Positions 1-10,689 of a DNA stretch of 64,000 nt are shown piece by piece. The first letter of the stretch is position 1. Each line of letters opens with the position of its first letter. Origin of the DNA: a virus (lineage: Duplodnaviria > Caudoviricetes); the IMG/VR virus record IMGVR_UViG_3300033463_000087, positions 11,366 through 75,365 of that record. The stretch is one strand, 5' to 3'. Both the position numbers and the translations under genes were made by a program. Under the pieces are notes generated by a model. That model saw only the letters and a program-made list of their open reading frames with translations. It made no database searches and was not told where the DNA came from.

Positions 1-112
1 CATCTGCTGTTAATCTATTTTTTGTTTCTGTTCTCAAAGAATCTACAATTAATTGTAAATCTTCTGCAACAGGTTGCATATTTGAAAATTGTGGAAATGT
101 AATTTGACTCAC
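1..112 (-). CDS. 5' part of a virion structural gene running off the window edge (GTG start, MSQITFPQFSNMQPVAEDLQ...)
   Basis: Open frame from GTG at 112; GAGG RBS at 121-124; late-promoter motif at 132-149. Confidence 0.6.
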   Translation of the reverse strand, partial: MSQITFPQFSNMQPVAEDLQLIVDSLRTETKNRLTAD

Positions 113-131
113 TTTATTTACCTCATTCTAT

Positions 132-149
132 TATATAAATCTAAATGAA
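132..149 (-). promoter_or_regulatory. Putative late promoter TTCATTTAGATTTATATA
   Basis: Copy of the 18-bp motif, upstream of RBS. Confidence 0.75.
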
Positions 150-153
150 AACT

Positions 154-1401
154 CTAAAATGATATATATTCATCATCCGATGCAAACAATGCCACATTTG
201 CTTCTACTAATAAGGCATCTAATACATCTGCTACTTCCATTTGTTCTTCAATGTTTAATATATATTTTGTATATACAGATTTTAATATATTCAATATAGA
301 TCTTATTTTATTAGTATCTATATTTCTATTGAAAAAATTATCGGTTTTTACTACAAAAGTAAAAGTTTTAAAATTTTGTCTCAATAATAATATTTTATTA
401 TTATCATTAGGTTGTTCATAATTTGTTTTAAAAGTATAGTAACCGCTTTCAGGATTATAATAATTTCTATCAGAAAATTCCGTAGGATCTTTTTGGGCAT
501 AATTAATTGGATCTTCTAATTCTATATTATTAACCACATAATCAGAACCAAGTAATTGTTTTCTTGTTCTTAATACCCAAGGGTAAAAATTTTTAAATGT
601 TATTAAATCTGGCGTATAACCCACAAAATATTTCAATACTTCTTTAATATAATTCCAAGCACCACCATTTTGATAAGCAACAGATAAATTTTGAAGAATT
701 CTTCTATATTCTTCCATACTTATATTTTCTACATCTATAAATTTAAATAATGTACCAAAAGTTTTATTTAAAAAATTAGGTAAAGATTTATTTAAAAAAT
801 TAGCATTTTTTGTATCAATAACAAAACCAAATTCTTTATTTAAGGTATCGGCAAATGCTTGAAAAATATAATAAAAATTTGCACTACCAACTTCTTTATT
901 ATAAGCATTAAAATCCGCCACCGTAGCATACATTATATCAATAATATCTTTCGTATAATTTTTAGGTATATTAAATTGTAATATATTACTCCAAATATCA
1001 TCAATTTGAATAGTTTCATTAAAAAGCGTTGAACCTTTTAATACCTGACAATTTTTAGGATCACTAGATATTTTAATTCTTAAATAATAAGTTGTTTCTT
1101 CAAATTGATTTTTATTAAAATCAATAATACAAGAGAACACAATATTACCAATGTATTTATTTGTTTCATCAATGTTACTGAAATTAAATTGTTTTAAGTT
1201 AATTGTATCAAAAGTATCTTTGCTATCTATTTCTAACTGAAAATCAATGTTTTCGTGTAAATTTAATATTTTATTTATGTCTTCTTTTTCTAATAATTCT
1301 TTTAAAGTATTAGTATCTAAAGACCAAGAAATATCAATCATACCATCTTTTAATGGTATTACTTTTAAATCATAACAAAGTGCATTTTCTGGTGTTATCA
1401 T
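154..1401 (-). CDS. Baseplate wedge / tail protein
   Basis: 415 aa; follows baseplate J-like and gp25-like genes; C-terminal half resembles wedge subunits (LNKTFG...YRRIL...NGG). Confidence 0.55.
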   Translation of the reverse strand: MITPENALCYDLKVIPLKDGMIDISWSLDTNTLKELLEKEDINKILNLHENIDFQLEIDSKDTFDTINLKQFNFSNIDETNKYIGNIVFSCIIDFNKNQFEETTYYLRIKISSDPKNCQVLKGSTLFNETIQIDDIWSNILQFNIPKNYTKDIIDIMYATVADFNAYNKEVGSANFYYIFQAFADTLNKEFGFVIDTKNANFLNKSLPNFLNKTFGTLFKFIDVENISMEEYRRILQNLSVAYQNGGAWNYIKEVLKYFVGYTPDLITFKNFYPWVLRTRKQLLGSDYVVNNIELEDPINYAQKDPTEFSDRNYYNPESGYYTFKTNYEQPNDNNKILLLRQNFKTFTFVVKTDNFFNRNIDTNKIRSILNILKSVYTKYILNIEEQMEVADVLDALLVEANVALFASDDEYISF

Positions 1402-2114
1402 ATTGTTACACTCACATTAACATTTTTACCTGACAAACTATATATTTCAAAAGAAAATTTTAATTCTTTAGGGTTCGTAGAAGGCAAAACTTGAAAATTA
1501 TCTATTTTTAATAATTTTTCATCGTCAGATAAAATAGAATAATTTTGCATTTGTTCTTTTTGTATTTCTTGTATTGCATTTTGAATAGTATTTTGTGCTT
1601 TTAATAATACTAAAATAGTTTGTGGTTTACCAATTAAATTGGGTAATTCACTTCCATAATTAATATCAAATACATTAGATTCAATAGCAGTAATTATTCT
1701 TTTTTTAACTTTCTGAACTAACAAACTTAAACCTGTAGTTATCATTGGTTTACCTAAAACATCAAAATAAAAATCATTTGTTTTATTACTATTAAAAATA
1801 CATTTAGGACAATGTTTGCTGTCTGTATAATATGTAGCATAATAAGTATTTTTAGGATATAAATTTTCTCTTACATCAACTTCAATATCATTAATATTAA
1901 ATCTTATTGTTTTATAATTATTTCCTAATTCATATTTTATATATTTTTTATTTTCTATAAATAAATTATTTTGATCTACAATTTTTAAATCTAAATTATT
2001 GCCGATGGCAGGTCTTTTAAGCATAGCATAATAATTAGGGTATGTACCTTTAATATCCAATTTTTCATTTATTACTCTATGATTACAATTATTATTTAAC
2101 TTAAAATCCCACAT
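1398..2114 (-). CDS. Baseplate wedge protein with C-terminal gp25/GPW-like domain
   Basis: LVQKVKKRIIT...SNVFDINYGSELPNLIG resembles gp25-like domains; lies directly after baseplate J-like gene. Confidence 0.6.
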   Translation of the reverse strand: MWDFKLNNNCNHRVINEKLDIKGTYPNYYAMLKRPAIGNNLDLKIVDQNNLFIENKKYIKYELGNNYKTIRFNINDIEVDVRENLYPKNTYYATYYTDSKHCPKCIFNSNKTNDFYFDVLGKPMITTGLSLLVQKVKKRIITAIESNVFDINYGSELPNLIGKPQTILVLLKAQNTIQNAIQEIQKEQMQNYSILSDDEKLLKIDNFQVLPSTNPKELKFSFEIYSLSGKNVNVSVTI

Positions 2115-3532
2115 TATTCAAAAGTTATACTCAATGAATTTTCATCCAATGAAGCATATTCTCCATAGTTAAATTCAAGTGTAGTTAAATTTTCATTTTC
2201 ATCTCTTTTCTTAAATGTTTTGAAAGGATAAGATACACTCGTTATATATTCAGAAAAATTAGTAGTTATATAAGTAAATAATTCTTCTTGTGAAAATTCT
2301 TGCCCTAATTTTAAAGAATTAATAAAATTAGCAATACCCGTTAAAATAATATTTTTATAGGTTTCGTTATTATAACTATAATTTAATTTTATATTTGTAC
2401 CAACATCAATTATAATTCTTTGTGCTTGTGAAGCCAAAATAGTTCCTAAAATAAGATAATTACTTAATTGTTCCGTTAAAGTATTTTGGCAATCGCTTAT
2501 TAACTTATTATAGGTATAAGTAACTGTAATAGTAGATTCCGCAGGAATATTTTCCAAAGATTCAATAATTTCTAAATAATCACTAGCATAAATTGTATTT
2601 TTTGTATTTAATTTTGTATCTCTTACAAACCCAAAATTAACTTCATTTCCGTTTATATATACGGATGTTACTTCTATTACAGGATTATATTTCAATCTAT
2701 ATTGTAATTTACCATAAACATAAGAAAATTCTTCGGTTATTGTTTGTTGCTTTGTACCACGAATATAACTTATAGCATAACCAGTTTCTGTGGGTTCTTC
2801 TGAAGAATTTGGGTGCAGTGTTTTTACTTCTTGAACACCATCTACATTTGACATTAAATTGTTTATACCAGATTCTATATTTTTGGAAGCACCTAATATT
2901 GTATCTTGTATTCTTAAAGCATAAGAGGTATTTCCTTCTCTATCAGTGCCACCTATTGTAGGTAAATAATTATAACAACCCGTAATACCAGCAATAGCAG
3001 AAGGTAAAATTGTAATTGTTCCTACTCCAATATTATATGCTGTACCGATTGAAGTCGCTTGTATAGGAGCACTTATTTCATAATAACCATGAGTTTCATT
3101 ATAAGATACATCAGGCGTCATATAAACTGTTTCTGTTGTTACAAATTCATAAGTGTTACCATTTTCAGTTGTTAAAGTTTTAATAGTAATACCACCTGTA
3201 CCATCTTCATTACCTATTCTTATTGTCTCCACAGGTTTAGTATTTGTTCTAAAAGTAATTGTGCCTGTTGCTAAATCACCAAGTTTTCTTGAAACTCCAT
3301 AGTTAGCACCAAGTTCATCCATATCTTCTTCATCAATATTTTCCGCATTTGTAACAAAAGTATTTAAATTATTAACATTATCAATTTCTTCGGAAAGATT
3401 AGCAATTTGAATTGATTGGGGGTCTACAAATATATCTCTAATAACAGAACCTGTTTCTACTTCTGCTGTGGGAAAATTTGTTAATATTTGATTCACTAAA
3501 TTATTTTTAATCTCTTCTGCACTTAAAGCCAT
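2114..3532 (-). CDS. Baseplate J-like protein
   Basis: GSVIRDIF, YGVSR..G..ATGTITF, IQATSIGTAYNI, GGTDRE..SYALRI are typical Baseplate_J motifs. Confidence 0.85.
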   Translation of the reverse strand: MALSAEEIKNNLVNQILTNFPTAEVETGSVIRDIFVDPQSIQIANLSEEIDNVNNLNTFVTNAENIDEEDMDELGANYGVSRKLGDLATGTITFRTNTKPVETIRIGNEDGTGGITIKTLTTENGNTYEFVTTETVYMTPDVSYNETHGYYEISAPIQATSIGTAYNIGVGTITILPSAIAGITGCYNYLPTIGGTDREGNTSYALRIQDTILGASKNIESGINNLMSNVDGVQEVKTLHPNSSEEPTETGYAISYIRGTKQQTITEEFSYVYGKLQYRLKYNPVIEVTSVYINGNEVNFGFVRDTKLNTKNTIYASDYLEIIESLENIPAESTITVTYTYNKLISDCQNTLTEQLSNYLILGTILASQAQRIIIDVGTNIKLNYSYNNETYKNIILTGIANFINSLKLGQEFSQEELFTYITTNFSEYITSVSYPFKTFKKRDENENLTTLEFNYGEYASLDENSLSITFE

Positions 3533-3553
3533 ATTATTTTTACCTTATTTGTA

Positions 3554-3571
3554 TATAAAAATTTAAATGAA
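3554..3571 (-). promoter_or_regulatory. Putative late promoter (baseplate J)
   Basis: TTCATTTAAATTTTTATA. Confidence 0.7.
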
Positions 3572-3573
3572 AA

Positions 3574-4059
3574 TCATTGTTTTATAGGAATATTATTTAG
3601 TTTATCTAATTGATCAGGTAATCTAGTAAGTTTTAATGTAAGTTTTGGAATTTCTGTACTTACATATTCAATAGTCTTTGTAATATCTACTGCTCTTCCA
3701 ACTGTTTGTTCATATTGCATAGCATATAATTTAGCGGCAGAAGTTGCCCAAGAAACTATTGAATCAATATTAGGCGGACTACTTAATGTTTCTAAAATTG
3801 ATTTTATTGTTTCAATTTTTTCAGATAAACCAGATAATTTTGACGTTTGATTTTCACCTTCTTTCGTTACTAAATTTTTTAATGATTTTATTTGTTCTTC
3901 AAAAAATAATTTTAATTGTTCAACCTCTTTTTTAGTATATTCTCTACCTGATTTTAGAGCATCATTAACTTTTTTATCTATTTGTTTATTAAAATTATCA
4001 ATTTGTTTTTCTATTGTATCAAAACTTTGTTTTGTAGAATCATAAATGGGTGTTTCCAT
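3574..4059 (-). CDS. Hypothetical coiled-coil protein in baseplate operon
   Basis: 161-aa ORF coupled to the spike gene; helical heptad pattern. Confidence 0.55.
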   Translation of the reverse strand: METPIYDSTKQSFDTIEKQIDNFNKQIDKKVNDALKSGREYTKKEVEQLKLFFEEQIKSLKNLVTKEGENQTSKLSGLSEKIETIKSILETLSSPPNIDSIVSWATSAAKLYAMQYEQTVGRAVDITKTIEYVSTEIPKLTLKLTRLPDQLDKLNNIPIKQ

Positions 4060-4061
4060 AA

Positions 4062-5096
4062 TTATTTAACCTCCACTGTTTCAGAAAGAATATCTTGCAT
4101 TTTTACTATTATTTTTGGTGAATCCGTTGGAAATCCTAAATTACCTGTATGTGTATGAGAATTATAAGCATTTATAAGTTCAATAAGTAAATCTTGTAAC
4201 TTATTTCCCCATACTGCTTGTTGCATTGTGCCATTACCTAAAAAAATACCACTGCTTGTAATTTTTATTTGTTCACCATTTTTAATTGTTGCTGTAATTA
4301 CACCATCTCTATCAACTTGTATGTTACAATTATTTGTATTTATTTCTATATTACCAGCATTATCAAAATCTACTTTACAATCATTTTGATGTCCTAATAT
4401 TTGAAATTGAACATTATTACCAAAAGAACTTTGTTTTAAAGTATTAGTTCCTTCGTTATAAATATCTTTACCTACAGATATTTCCCATAATCTATCACCA
4501 CATTGTTCCCCTGTTTCATTGGTTAAGTTAGGAACACGAGCAATGAGTTTGGCAGTACCATATTTATCAAAATATAATTCATTATTAAGATTTAAAGATG
4601 TTAAAGATATTTCACCAGGAACAATATATCTTATAGGTGTTGGTCTTATTTCTTTTTTAATGGCTGTGTCAATAAGAGGATCACCATAATTATTTAATTC
4701 AGGTAATTGTGTTTCGTTGCTTAAAATACCATGTTCAAAAGCAGCACAACGAGAATATATATTTTGAATAATTGGATAGTTTTTAGAATCAAAAGAAGCA
4801 TATACTATATCACCTACCGATGGTAAATAATTTAAACCATAACCTTGCATTGAAACTATTTCTGGTATTCTTACATTACAAGAAATATGTGGTTTTGCTT
4901 CTATCCATCTAATATCTATAGATCTATAACCAAATTGCTGAAATTCAAATTGACCATCTTTTTTATTTTGCTCAAATAAATTATAATGAACTTTTATTAT
5001 TTCACCTCTTAATGTTCTATCGAAATAATTCTTATTTGCTAATCCACTAAATGGTGCATTATCACCCATTAAAACTTTATATATATTATCACTCAT
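4062..5096 (-). CDS. Baseplate central spike (gp5/gpV-like)
   Basis: OB-fold-like N-terminus (YLPSVGDIV), beta-repeat C-terminus, H-x-H apex motif (AYNSHTHTG). Confidence 0.75.
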   Translation of the reverse strand: MSDNIYKVLMGDNAPFSGLANKNYFDRTLRGEIIKVHYNLFEQNKKDGQFEFQQFGYRSIDIRWIEAKPHISCNVRIPEIVSMQGYGLNYLPSVGDIVYASFDSKNYPIIQNIYSRCAAFEHGILSNETQLPELNNYGDPLIDTAIKKEIRPTPIRYIVPGEISLTSLNLNNELYFDKYGTAKLIARVPNLTNETGEQCGDRLWEISVGKDIYNEGTNTLKQSSFGNNVQFQILGHQNDCKVDFDNAGNIEINTNNCNIQVDRDGVITATIKNGEQIKITSSGIFLGNGTMQQAVWGNKLQDLLIELINAYNSHTHTGNLGFPTDSPKIIVKMQDILSETVEVK

Positions 5097-7822
5097 TATT
5101 TAACCTCTACCCTTGGCAACAATATTGTTGAACTATCATTTGGCAATATATTTGGATTATTATTTGGTAACAATACTTTTGAAGTATCATTTTTAATTGA
5201 TTCCCAAATATCAGATTGTACTATTTCAATTCTTTGTGCTTGCATTGCAAATGGATTTGTATATATATCATTTTTAAATAAGTTTACCTCTTGATTTTTA
5301 ATTAATTGAACTTGTTTGGTTTTAAATAAATTTTTTATTTCATTTTTTGAAGTTATTACTTGACCATTTTTAAAACTATTTTTTATTTTTCTTTTATTAT
5401 TTAATTTAGACTTAATTGTTGAACCTTGAATTTTTTTCTTTCTTTTTTCTTCTTTTTGTATCTGTTTAGATGTAAAATATGGATTTACATCAAATGGTAT
5501 TTCCCAAAAAAATCCATCTAAATAACAATCTCTTATTACATCTTCACTATTATATAATCTACTTATTTCATTTTGAATTTCACTTGAATTAGCAGGATAA
5601 TTATGATTTTTTATATAAATATTATATATATAATTTTGTAAAGCAGATAAATTAAATTTAAAATTTAAGCTATTATTTACATTTTTAATTGTTTCTTCAT
5701 AAGTATTACATAAAGATAATTGCTTATTAAAATTTGTTAAAGAAGCAAGCATTAAATTATTATCTGTTTGTAATTCTGAAGTTATCGTTTTAAATGTACC
5801 ATCGCTATTTGTTCCATTAATTACTGGAATTTTTGATTCAACTGAACCACCTGGCATGCTGCTTAATGCTAATATATTTCTTAAATAAGTACCGTTTAAG
5901 CTTGTTGTAAAATTACCACCTACTTGATAAGAGTGTGAATAAGATTCTATATAAAATAATTTTTTTAAATCTTTTATATAAGCATATTTATCCATTTTAA
6001 TTCCAGGTTCACCTTGCATTTGTACTTTTATGTTTGCGAGTGCCTTTCTATTATATCTATTCATCATTTGCTTTGAGGCATATCTCATTGCTGTCGATTC
6101 AACTATTCCTGGCATTTCTAATATTTGCATCATCTTTTCGCCATATTTAGCAATAGAATCATAATCTTTAATACAATCATTAATCATACTTAAATTTAAA
6201 TCATATAAAAAACTAGCCTTTGTGCATTGTATATTTGCAATAGATTCAGTATTTTGTGTTTGTGAAAATGAATTAATTTGTGTCAAAACATTAGGGTCTG
6301 TACCAGTTTCTGAATCAATATTGTTTTTGTATAAATGTTGTAAAGTTATATCAACAACTGAAAAATGAATAGTGCCATAAGGGTCATCATAGAAATTGAA
6401 CATTAATTTATCAGCAATACCTTTTATAAATTGATATACTGTACTAAAATTTGCTTGAAACATTTCACTAAATGTTTCGAATTGATATTGATAAGCGGGT
6501 TGTTTTGTACCTTTTATAACAAATATTGGTTGTTGATTCCAACCGTCTTGTTCACTAATAAAAGAATTTTGTGTTATTTGTATCTCATTTTCTTCTTCTT
6601 TTACAAATTTATTAAAATTTTTACTAATTAAATCATTATATTTTTTTCTTAATTCCGCCAATTTAGAATTTAAACTTGTTTGACTTTTTTTATTTTGATC
6701 TTTAATGCTTGTTTTTAAATTCTCTTCTACCTTCTTTTTTTCTTCTGCACTAGCATGAATATTTATTTCAAAATATTTATCAAATTCATTTTTTACATTT
6801 CTTATTTCTGGTATATTATTTAAACCTGAATAAGTTCTAGTAATTGCATTTTTTATAATTTTTTCGTTTTCTAGTGTATATTTACCATCACTATCACTTG
6901 TAGTTGCACCAGTAGTATAAGCCGATAATGGTAATATTGCTGCACCTGAATCTTTTGAAGCAACTGCATTATTTTGTAATATTCTAGTCCAAGTTAATTT
7001 TTTAGAAGGACCAGTACAATGTATTTCTAAATTTTGAGTACCATTTTCATAAGAAAAACTTTCATTAACGTCATTAATATAACCCGTAAAAACGGTGGTA
7101 AATGGATCATTTTCTTCGGATTTATAAATATCTTGATAACTTGTTATAGAACTTTTCTTAAAAGAATTTAATAAAGAGGTAGGTGTTGTATTTTTCTTTT
7201 CCATTCTAACAATTATAATATCATTAGTATCAAAATAACATTTTAAATGTCTTAAATAATTTTCTCTATCATTAAAATATTTAAAATTAAATTTATAATC
7301 TTGATTATTTAAATTTATATCACAACTTGATTGACCATTAACCGAAAAAGAACAATTAAAGCTAGTTACATTTGGAATACCTGCTTTACTTTGACCATCT
7401 ATTTGAAATACATAAGCAAGTTTTGTAAAATCTATTAAAGGGCAATTTCTTAATTCTAATAAGTCAGTTAAAAACCAAATTCCATCAAAAGGTATAATTT
7501 CACCCGTATCTTTATCATATACATTAGATTCTTCATTTTTATTTATTTTTATTTCCGTATATTTTAACTCATTATAATTTTTGCTATTTATATTATTAAA
7601 CATTAGTGGTGTTAATTTAACTTTGTTATTATCTAAAACATTTACATTATCAACCCATTGACCTACTTTATTTAAAAAAGATTTATTACTATTAGATAGT
7701 AAATCAGCATAATAAGATTCAAAATCTTCTTGATTATAAGGATCTATTTGTTTAATAATATAAATTTTACAATTATTGTTAGCAGTATAAGACGTACTAT
7801 TATTTGCTGATAAAATGCCCAT
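5096..7822 (-). CDS. Baseplate hub protein (gp27/gp44-like, extended)
   Basis: 908 aa; VFTGYINDV, FYDDPYGTIHF and GEPGIKMDKYAYI..FYIESYSHS match hub architecture; upstream of spike. Confidence 0.6.
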   Translation of the reverse strand: MGILSANNSTSYTANNNCKIYIIKQIDPYNQEDFESYYADLLSNSNKSFLNKVGQWVDNVNVLDNNKVKLTPLMFNNINSKNYNELKYTEIKINKNEESNVYDKDTGEIIPFDGIWFLTDLLELRNCPLIDFTKLAYVFQIDGQSKAGIPNVTSFNCSFSVNGQSSCDINLNNQDYKFNFKYFNDRENYLRHLKCYFDTNDIIIVRMEKKNTTPTSLLNSFKKSSITSYQDIYKSEENDPFTTVFTGYINDVNESFSYENGTQNLEIHCTGPSKKLTWTRILQNNAVASKDSGAAILPLSAYTTGATTSDSDGKYTLENEKIIKNAITRTYSGLNNIPEIRNVKNEFDKYFEINIHASAEEKKKVEENLKTSIKDQNKKSQTSLNSKLAELRKKYNDLISKNFNKFVKEEENEIQITQNSFISEQDGWNQQPIFVIKGTKQPAYQYQFETFSEMFQANFSTVYQFIKGIADKLMFNFYDDPYGTIHFSVVDITLQHLYKNNIDSETGTDPNVLTQINSFSQTQNTESIANIQCTKASFLYDLNLSMINDCIKDYDSIAKYGEKMMQILEMPGIVESTAMRYASKQMMNRYNRKALANIKVQMQGEPGIKMDKYAYIKDLKKLFYIESYSHSYQVGGNFTTSLNGTYLRNILALSSMPGGSVESKIPVINGTNSDGTFKTITSELQTDNNLMLASLTNFNKQLSLCNTYEETIKNVNNSLNFKFNLSALQNYIYNIYIKNHNYPANSSEIQNEISRLYNSEDVIRDCYLDGFFWEIPFDVNPYFTSKQIQKEEKRKKKIQGSTIKSKLNNKRKIKNSFKNGQVITSKNEIKNLFKTKQVQLIKNQEVNLFKNDIYTNPFAMQAQRIEIVQSDIWESIKNDTSKVLLPNNNPNILPNDSSTILLPRVEVK

Positions 7823-7831
7823 ATTCCCTCA

Positions 7832-8647
7832 CTATAAAAAGACACCTTTTAATAATTTATCTCCACCTGTAATCATTGATGCTACATATTCTGCATTATC
7901 ACCTAATTGACTAAAGAAATTTAAAATTCTTGCTTCAGGGAAATTACTAATTAAACTTTGACTAATCCAATCAACTGAACTATTTACTACCTTAAATGTA
8001 AAATTATATTGATATTGTCTTGGTTTATCACTTGCTGATTCACTATAATCAAATGTTAAAAAATAACCCCAATAAAGTGTATAATCATAAATTATAAAAG
8101 ATTGTGCTCTTGCTGCTGTACCATTTCTTATGGCTTCTAATAAATCTGATCTACCTGTTTTTACTTCTGTATTTTTATTGTCTGCAAAAGCATTATATAA
8201 TTTTTGTGAACCTTTAAATAAAGTAGCATAACCTGCATTCATTAAATCACCTAAACTACCTACTCTTTCTTTATCTAATTTATAAATTTGTTCAAGTTTC
8301 ATCATAAATCTATCAATATCTGCCCATTGTTTAGGACCATGAGCAGAAGTACCAGAACTTGAAGTTAAAGAATTTACATAGGATTCAGTATTTGCAGTAA
8401 CATAATCAGATTGTTTATATTGATAAGGATTACCAATTTTAGATGCTGTAATACCACGTACTGTAATAATGTCTCTTTCATTACCCCAATGTATATCAAC
8501 GAAACCTGAATTTGTTAATACTTCACTATTTCTTTTTCTACTTGATTTTTGAAATGATTGTGGATTAGGTCTAAAAACTAAAAATAAACCCATATCTAAA
8601 TTTCCAACCATCATTCTTTTTAACATTGAACGTACATCTAAAGCCAT
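7832..8647 (-). CDS. Tail-tube initiator / baseplate-associated protein
   Basis: FRPNPQSF...WG...ITVRGIT and YWGYFLTFDYSE....YQYNFTF pattern; sits after tape measure. Confidence 0.55.
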   Translation of the reverse strand: MALDVRSMLKRMMVGNLDMGLFLVFRPNPQSFQKSSRKRNSEVLTNSGFVDIHWGNERDIITVRGITASKIGNPYQYKQSDYVTANTESYVNSLTSSSGTSAHGPKQWADIDRFMMKLEQIYKLDKERVGSLGDLMNAGYATLFKGSQKLYNAFADNKNTEVKTGRSDLLEAIRNGTAARAQSFIIYDYTLYWGYFLTFDYSESASDKPRQYQYNFTFKVVNSSVDWISQSLISNFPEARILNFFSQLGDNAEYVASMITGGDKLLKGVFL

Positions 8648-8660
8648 TGTAAATCTCCTA

Positions 8661-8678
8661 TATAAAAATCTAAATGAA
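8661..8678 (-). promoter_or_regulatory. Putative late promoter
   Basis: TTCATTTAGATTTTTATA. Confidence 0.7.
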
Positions 8679-8721
8679 ATATTATAAATATCTTAATTTT
8701 ATATATAATTAAAAATAATTA

Positions 8722-8750
8722 TTTACTTTTTATAAAAAATTTATTATAAT
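8722..8750 (+). promoter_or_regulatory. Sigma70-like promoter TTTACT-17-TATAAT
   Basis: Exact 17-bp spacer; upstream of 8773. Confidence 0.7.
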
Positions 8751-8772
8751 ATTAATATAGGAGGATAGTTAT

Positions 8773-9006
8773 ATGAGAAAAAGTATATATGATGGTGTAG
8801 AAAATAACTATATATGTGAACAAGACAAAATACATTTTAGTAAATTGTTTTGTTGTTTAATTTCACCTTTAATAATTTTTACACCTTACTTAATATTTGA
8901 TGATTTTAGAAATGGTTATAAAAAAGATGCCATAATGTTATTAATTTTAGATATAGTTTTATTATCTATTATAAGTGGTATAATAGGTATAATGCTTTAT
9001 TTATAA
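8773..9006 (+). CDS. Small two-TM membrane protein in opposite orientation (moron-like)
   Basis: GGAGG RBS, own sigma70-like promoter, two hydrophobic stretches. Confidence 0.7.
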   Translation: MRKSIYDGVENNYICEQDKIHFSKLFCCLISPLIIFTPYLIFDDFRNGYKKDAIMLLILDIVLLSIISGIIGIMLYL

Positions 9007-9007
9007 A

Positions 9008-10687
9008 TTATTCACCACTTAATTGACTTTGGTTTACTATCTTTACATTACCACCATAAGGGTTATTTGTAACAGTATTATTATTTATTGTAGTATAAGT
9101 ATTTGTAGATGAATTAGAGTTTCTTCCTTCATATAAAGAACTCAATGCTAGTGCTGCATATTTTGCTGCTTCACCTACGGCTTGAAAATTACCTTTTAAT
9201 TTAATTGATTCATCTATTAATTCTTTTTCTGCTAAATTTATTTGTTCTAATTCTTTTTCTGTTACAGGTTTCATTTTAGATGTAGTTCCAATAACCATTG
9301 AACCACCTGATGCTAATGTATTTTGTACAGATAATTTTTTCAAATCAGGTCCTAAACCACCCCAAGAAGTAGAAGATTGTAGTGCTAATAATTCTCTTAT
9401 ATCTGTAGTACCTAATGATTGTGCTAATTCTTGTGCATAACCTGTTTCTAATTTTTCTATGCCTCTTGATATTTGATTACCACCTCTTCTCATAATACCT
9501 GCAACTCGTATCATATCACCACTTCTATATGCTTCTTGTAATTCTTTTCCGCCAAGACCTTTTTCTGCCATTAAAGCACCAACACCTGCCAATGTAGAAG
9601 TATCAGATGACCTTCGTGAAGTTAAAGATCTTGTAAAATCACTTACAGATAGAGTTCCTCTACTTAAAGCATCTTGAAATTGTGCTAATGTTTTTGCATT
9701 TGCCATACCATTAATATTATTAGCAATTAATGTTCTATTTAATTCTTCATAAGCACTTAAAAATTTATCACTACCAAGTAGATTCATTGTTTTTGTAACT
9801 TCTTTTAATTCATAATTAAATCTTCTTATATCTGTAGATGACCTACCTAATTGTAGTTGTTGTAGAATTAAGGAATTTGCTTTATTGGGGTCTGCTCCTA
9901 TTTGCTCTAAACTTGCTCTTGTTGAAAAATAAGTATTTTTAAAAACTCCATCTTCAAATAATCTTTGTCTCATTCCCGTACCAATATCAGACATAGCAAA
10001 TTTAGTATAATCTTCTGAATTTTGATTATACATTATTGCTGATGCATATAAATCCGCTTGTTGTTTAAATTTTGTTTTTGAAACATCTAAACCACCTGAT
10101 AGCCTTTTTGCATTTACAGAAAAAGAAGACATTGCTTCAACGGCTTTATTGGTTGCACCTGCTACTGCTACCATTGCACCATATAGTGGTCCACCCATAA
10201 AGTTTGCAACTTGTGGTATAACTTTTAATAATTGAGTAGTACCAGATAATATTCTTCCTTCAAATAATGCACTTAAACCAGAACTTACTTGATATGAAGT
10301 ATATTGGGATGTTAATAAATCTTTATCTTTAGTCCAACCATGTCTTGCCCAAAAACCTGGTTTCTTTGCTTCTTGTATTCTTTTTTCTAATTCAGATACT
10401 TCTTCTTTTGCTTTATTTACTTTTTGTTTTTCTATTTTTGTTGCTTCATCTAATGCATTAGTTAAAACTCGTCTTCGTTCATCTTCTTTATCTAATGTTT
10501 TTCTAAGTCTCTTATATGCTTCTACGGCGTGTTTCTGCTCATCAATAGTGAGCATTGTAGTTTTATAATATTCCTCACCAATTTTTGATAATCTTTCTCG
10601 TGAATCAGAATATTTATTTTCTGCTTCTGTTAATCTTGATTGGGCGTCTTCTAATTGTTTATTTAATTCTTCCAAATTATCTGCCAT
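9008..10687 (-). CDS. Tape measure protein
   Basis: 559 aa, helical Ala/Gly/Leu/Lys-rich; follows tail chaperones and precedes baseplate genes. Confidence 0.7.
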   Translation of the reverse strand: MADNLEELNKQLEDAQSRLTEAENKYSDSRERLSKIGEEYYKTTMLTIDEQKHAVEAYKRLRKTLDKEDERRRVLTNALDEATKIEKQKVNKAKEEVSELEKRIQEAKKPGFWARHGWTKDKDLLTSQYTSYQVSSGLSALFEGRILSGTTQLLKVIPQVANFMGGPLYGAMVAVAGATNKAVEAMSSFSVNAKRLSGGLDVSKTKFKQQADLYASAIMYNQNSEDYTKFAMSDIGTGMRQRLFEDGVFKNTYFSTRASLEQIGADPNKANSLILQQLQLGRSSTDIRRFNYELKEVTKTMNLLGSDKFLSAYEELNRTLIANNINGMANAKTLAQFQDALSRGTLSVSDFTRSLTSRRSSDTSTLAGVGALMAEKGLGGKELQEAYRSGDMIRVAGIMRRGGNQISRGIEKLETGYAQELAQSLGTTDIRELLALQSSTSWGGLGPDLKKLSVQNTLASGGSMVIGTTSKMKPVTEKELEQINLAEKELIDESIKLKGNFQAVGEAAKYAALALSSLYEGRNSNSSTNTYTTINNNTVTNNPYGGNVKIVNQSQLSGE

Positions 10688-10689
10688 AT

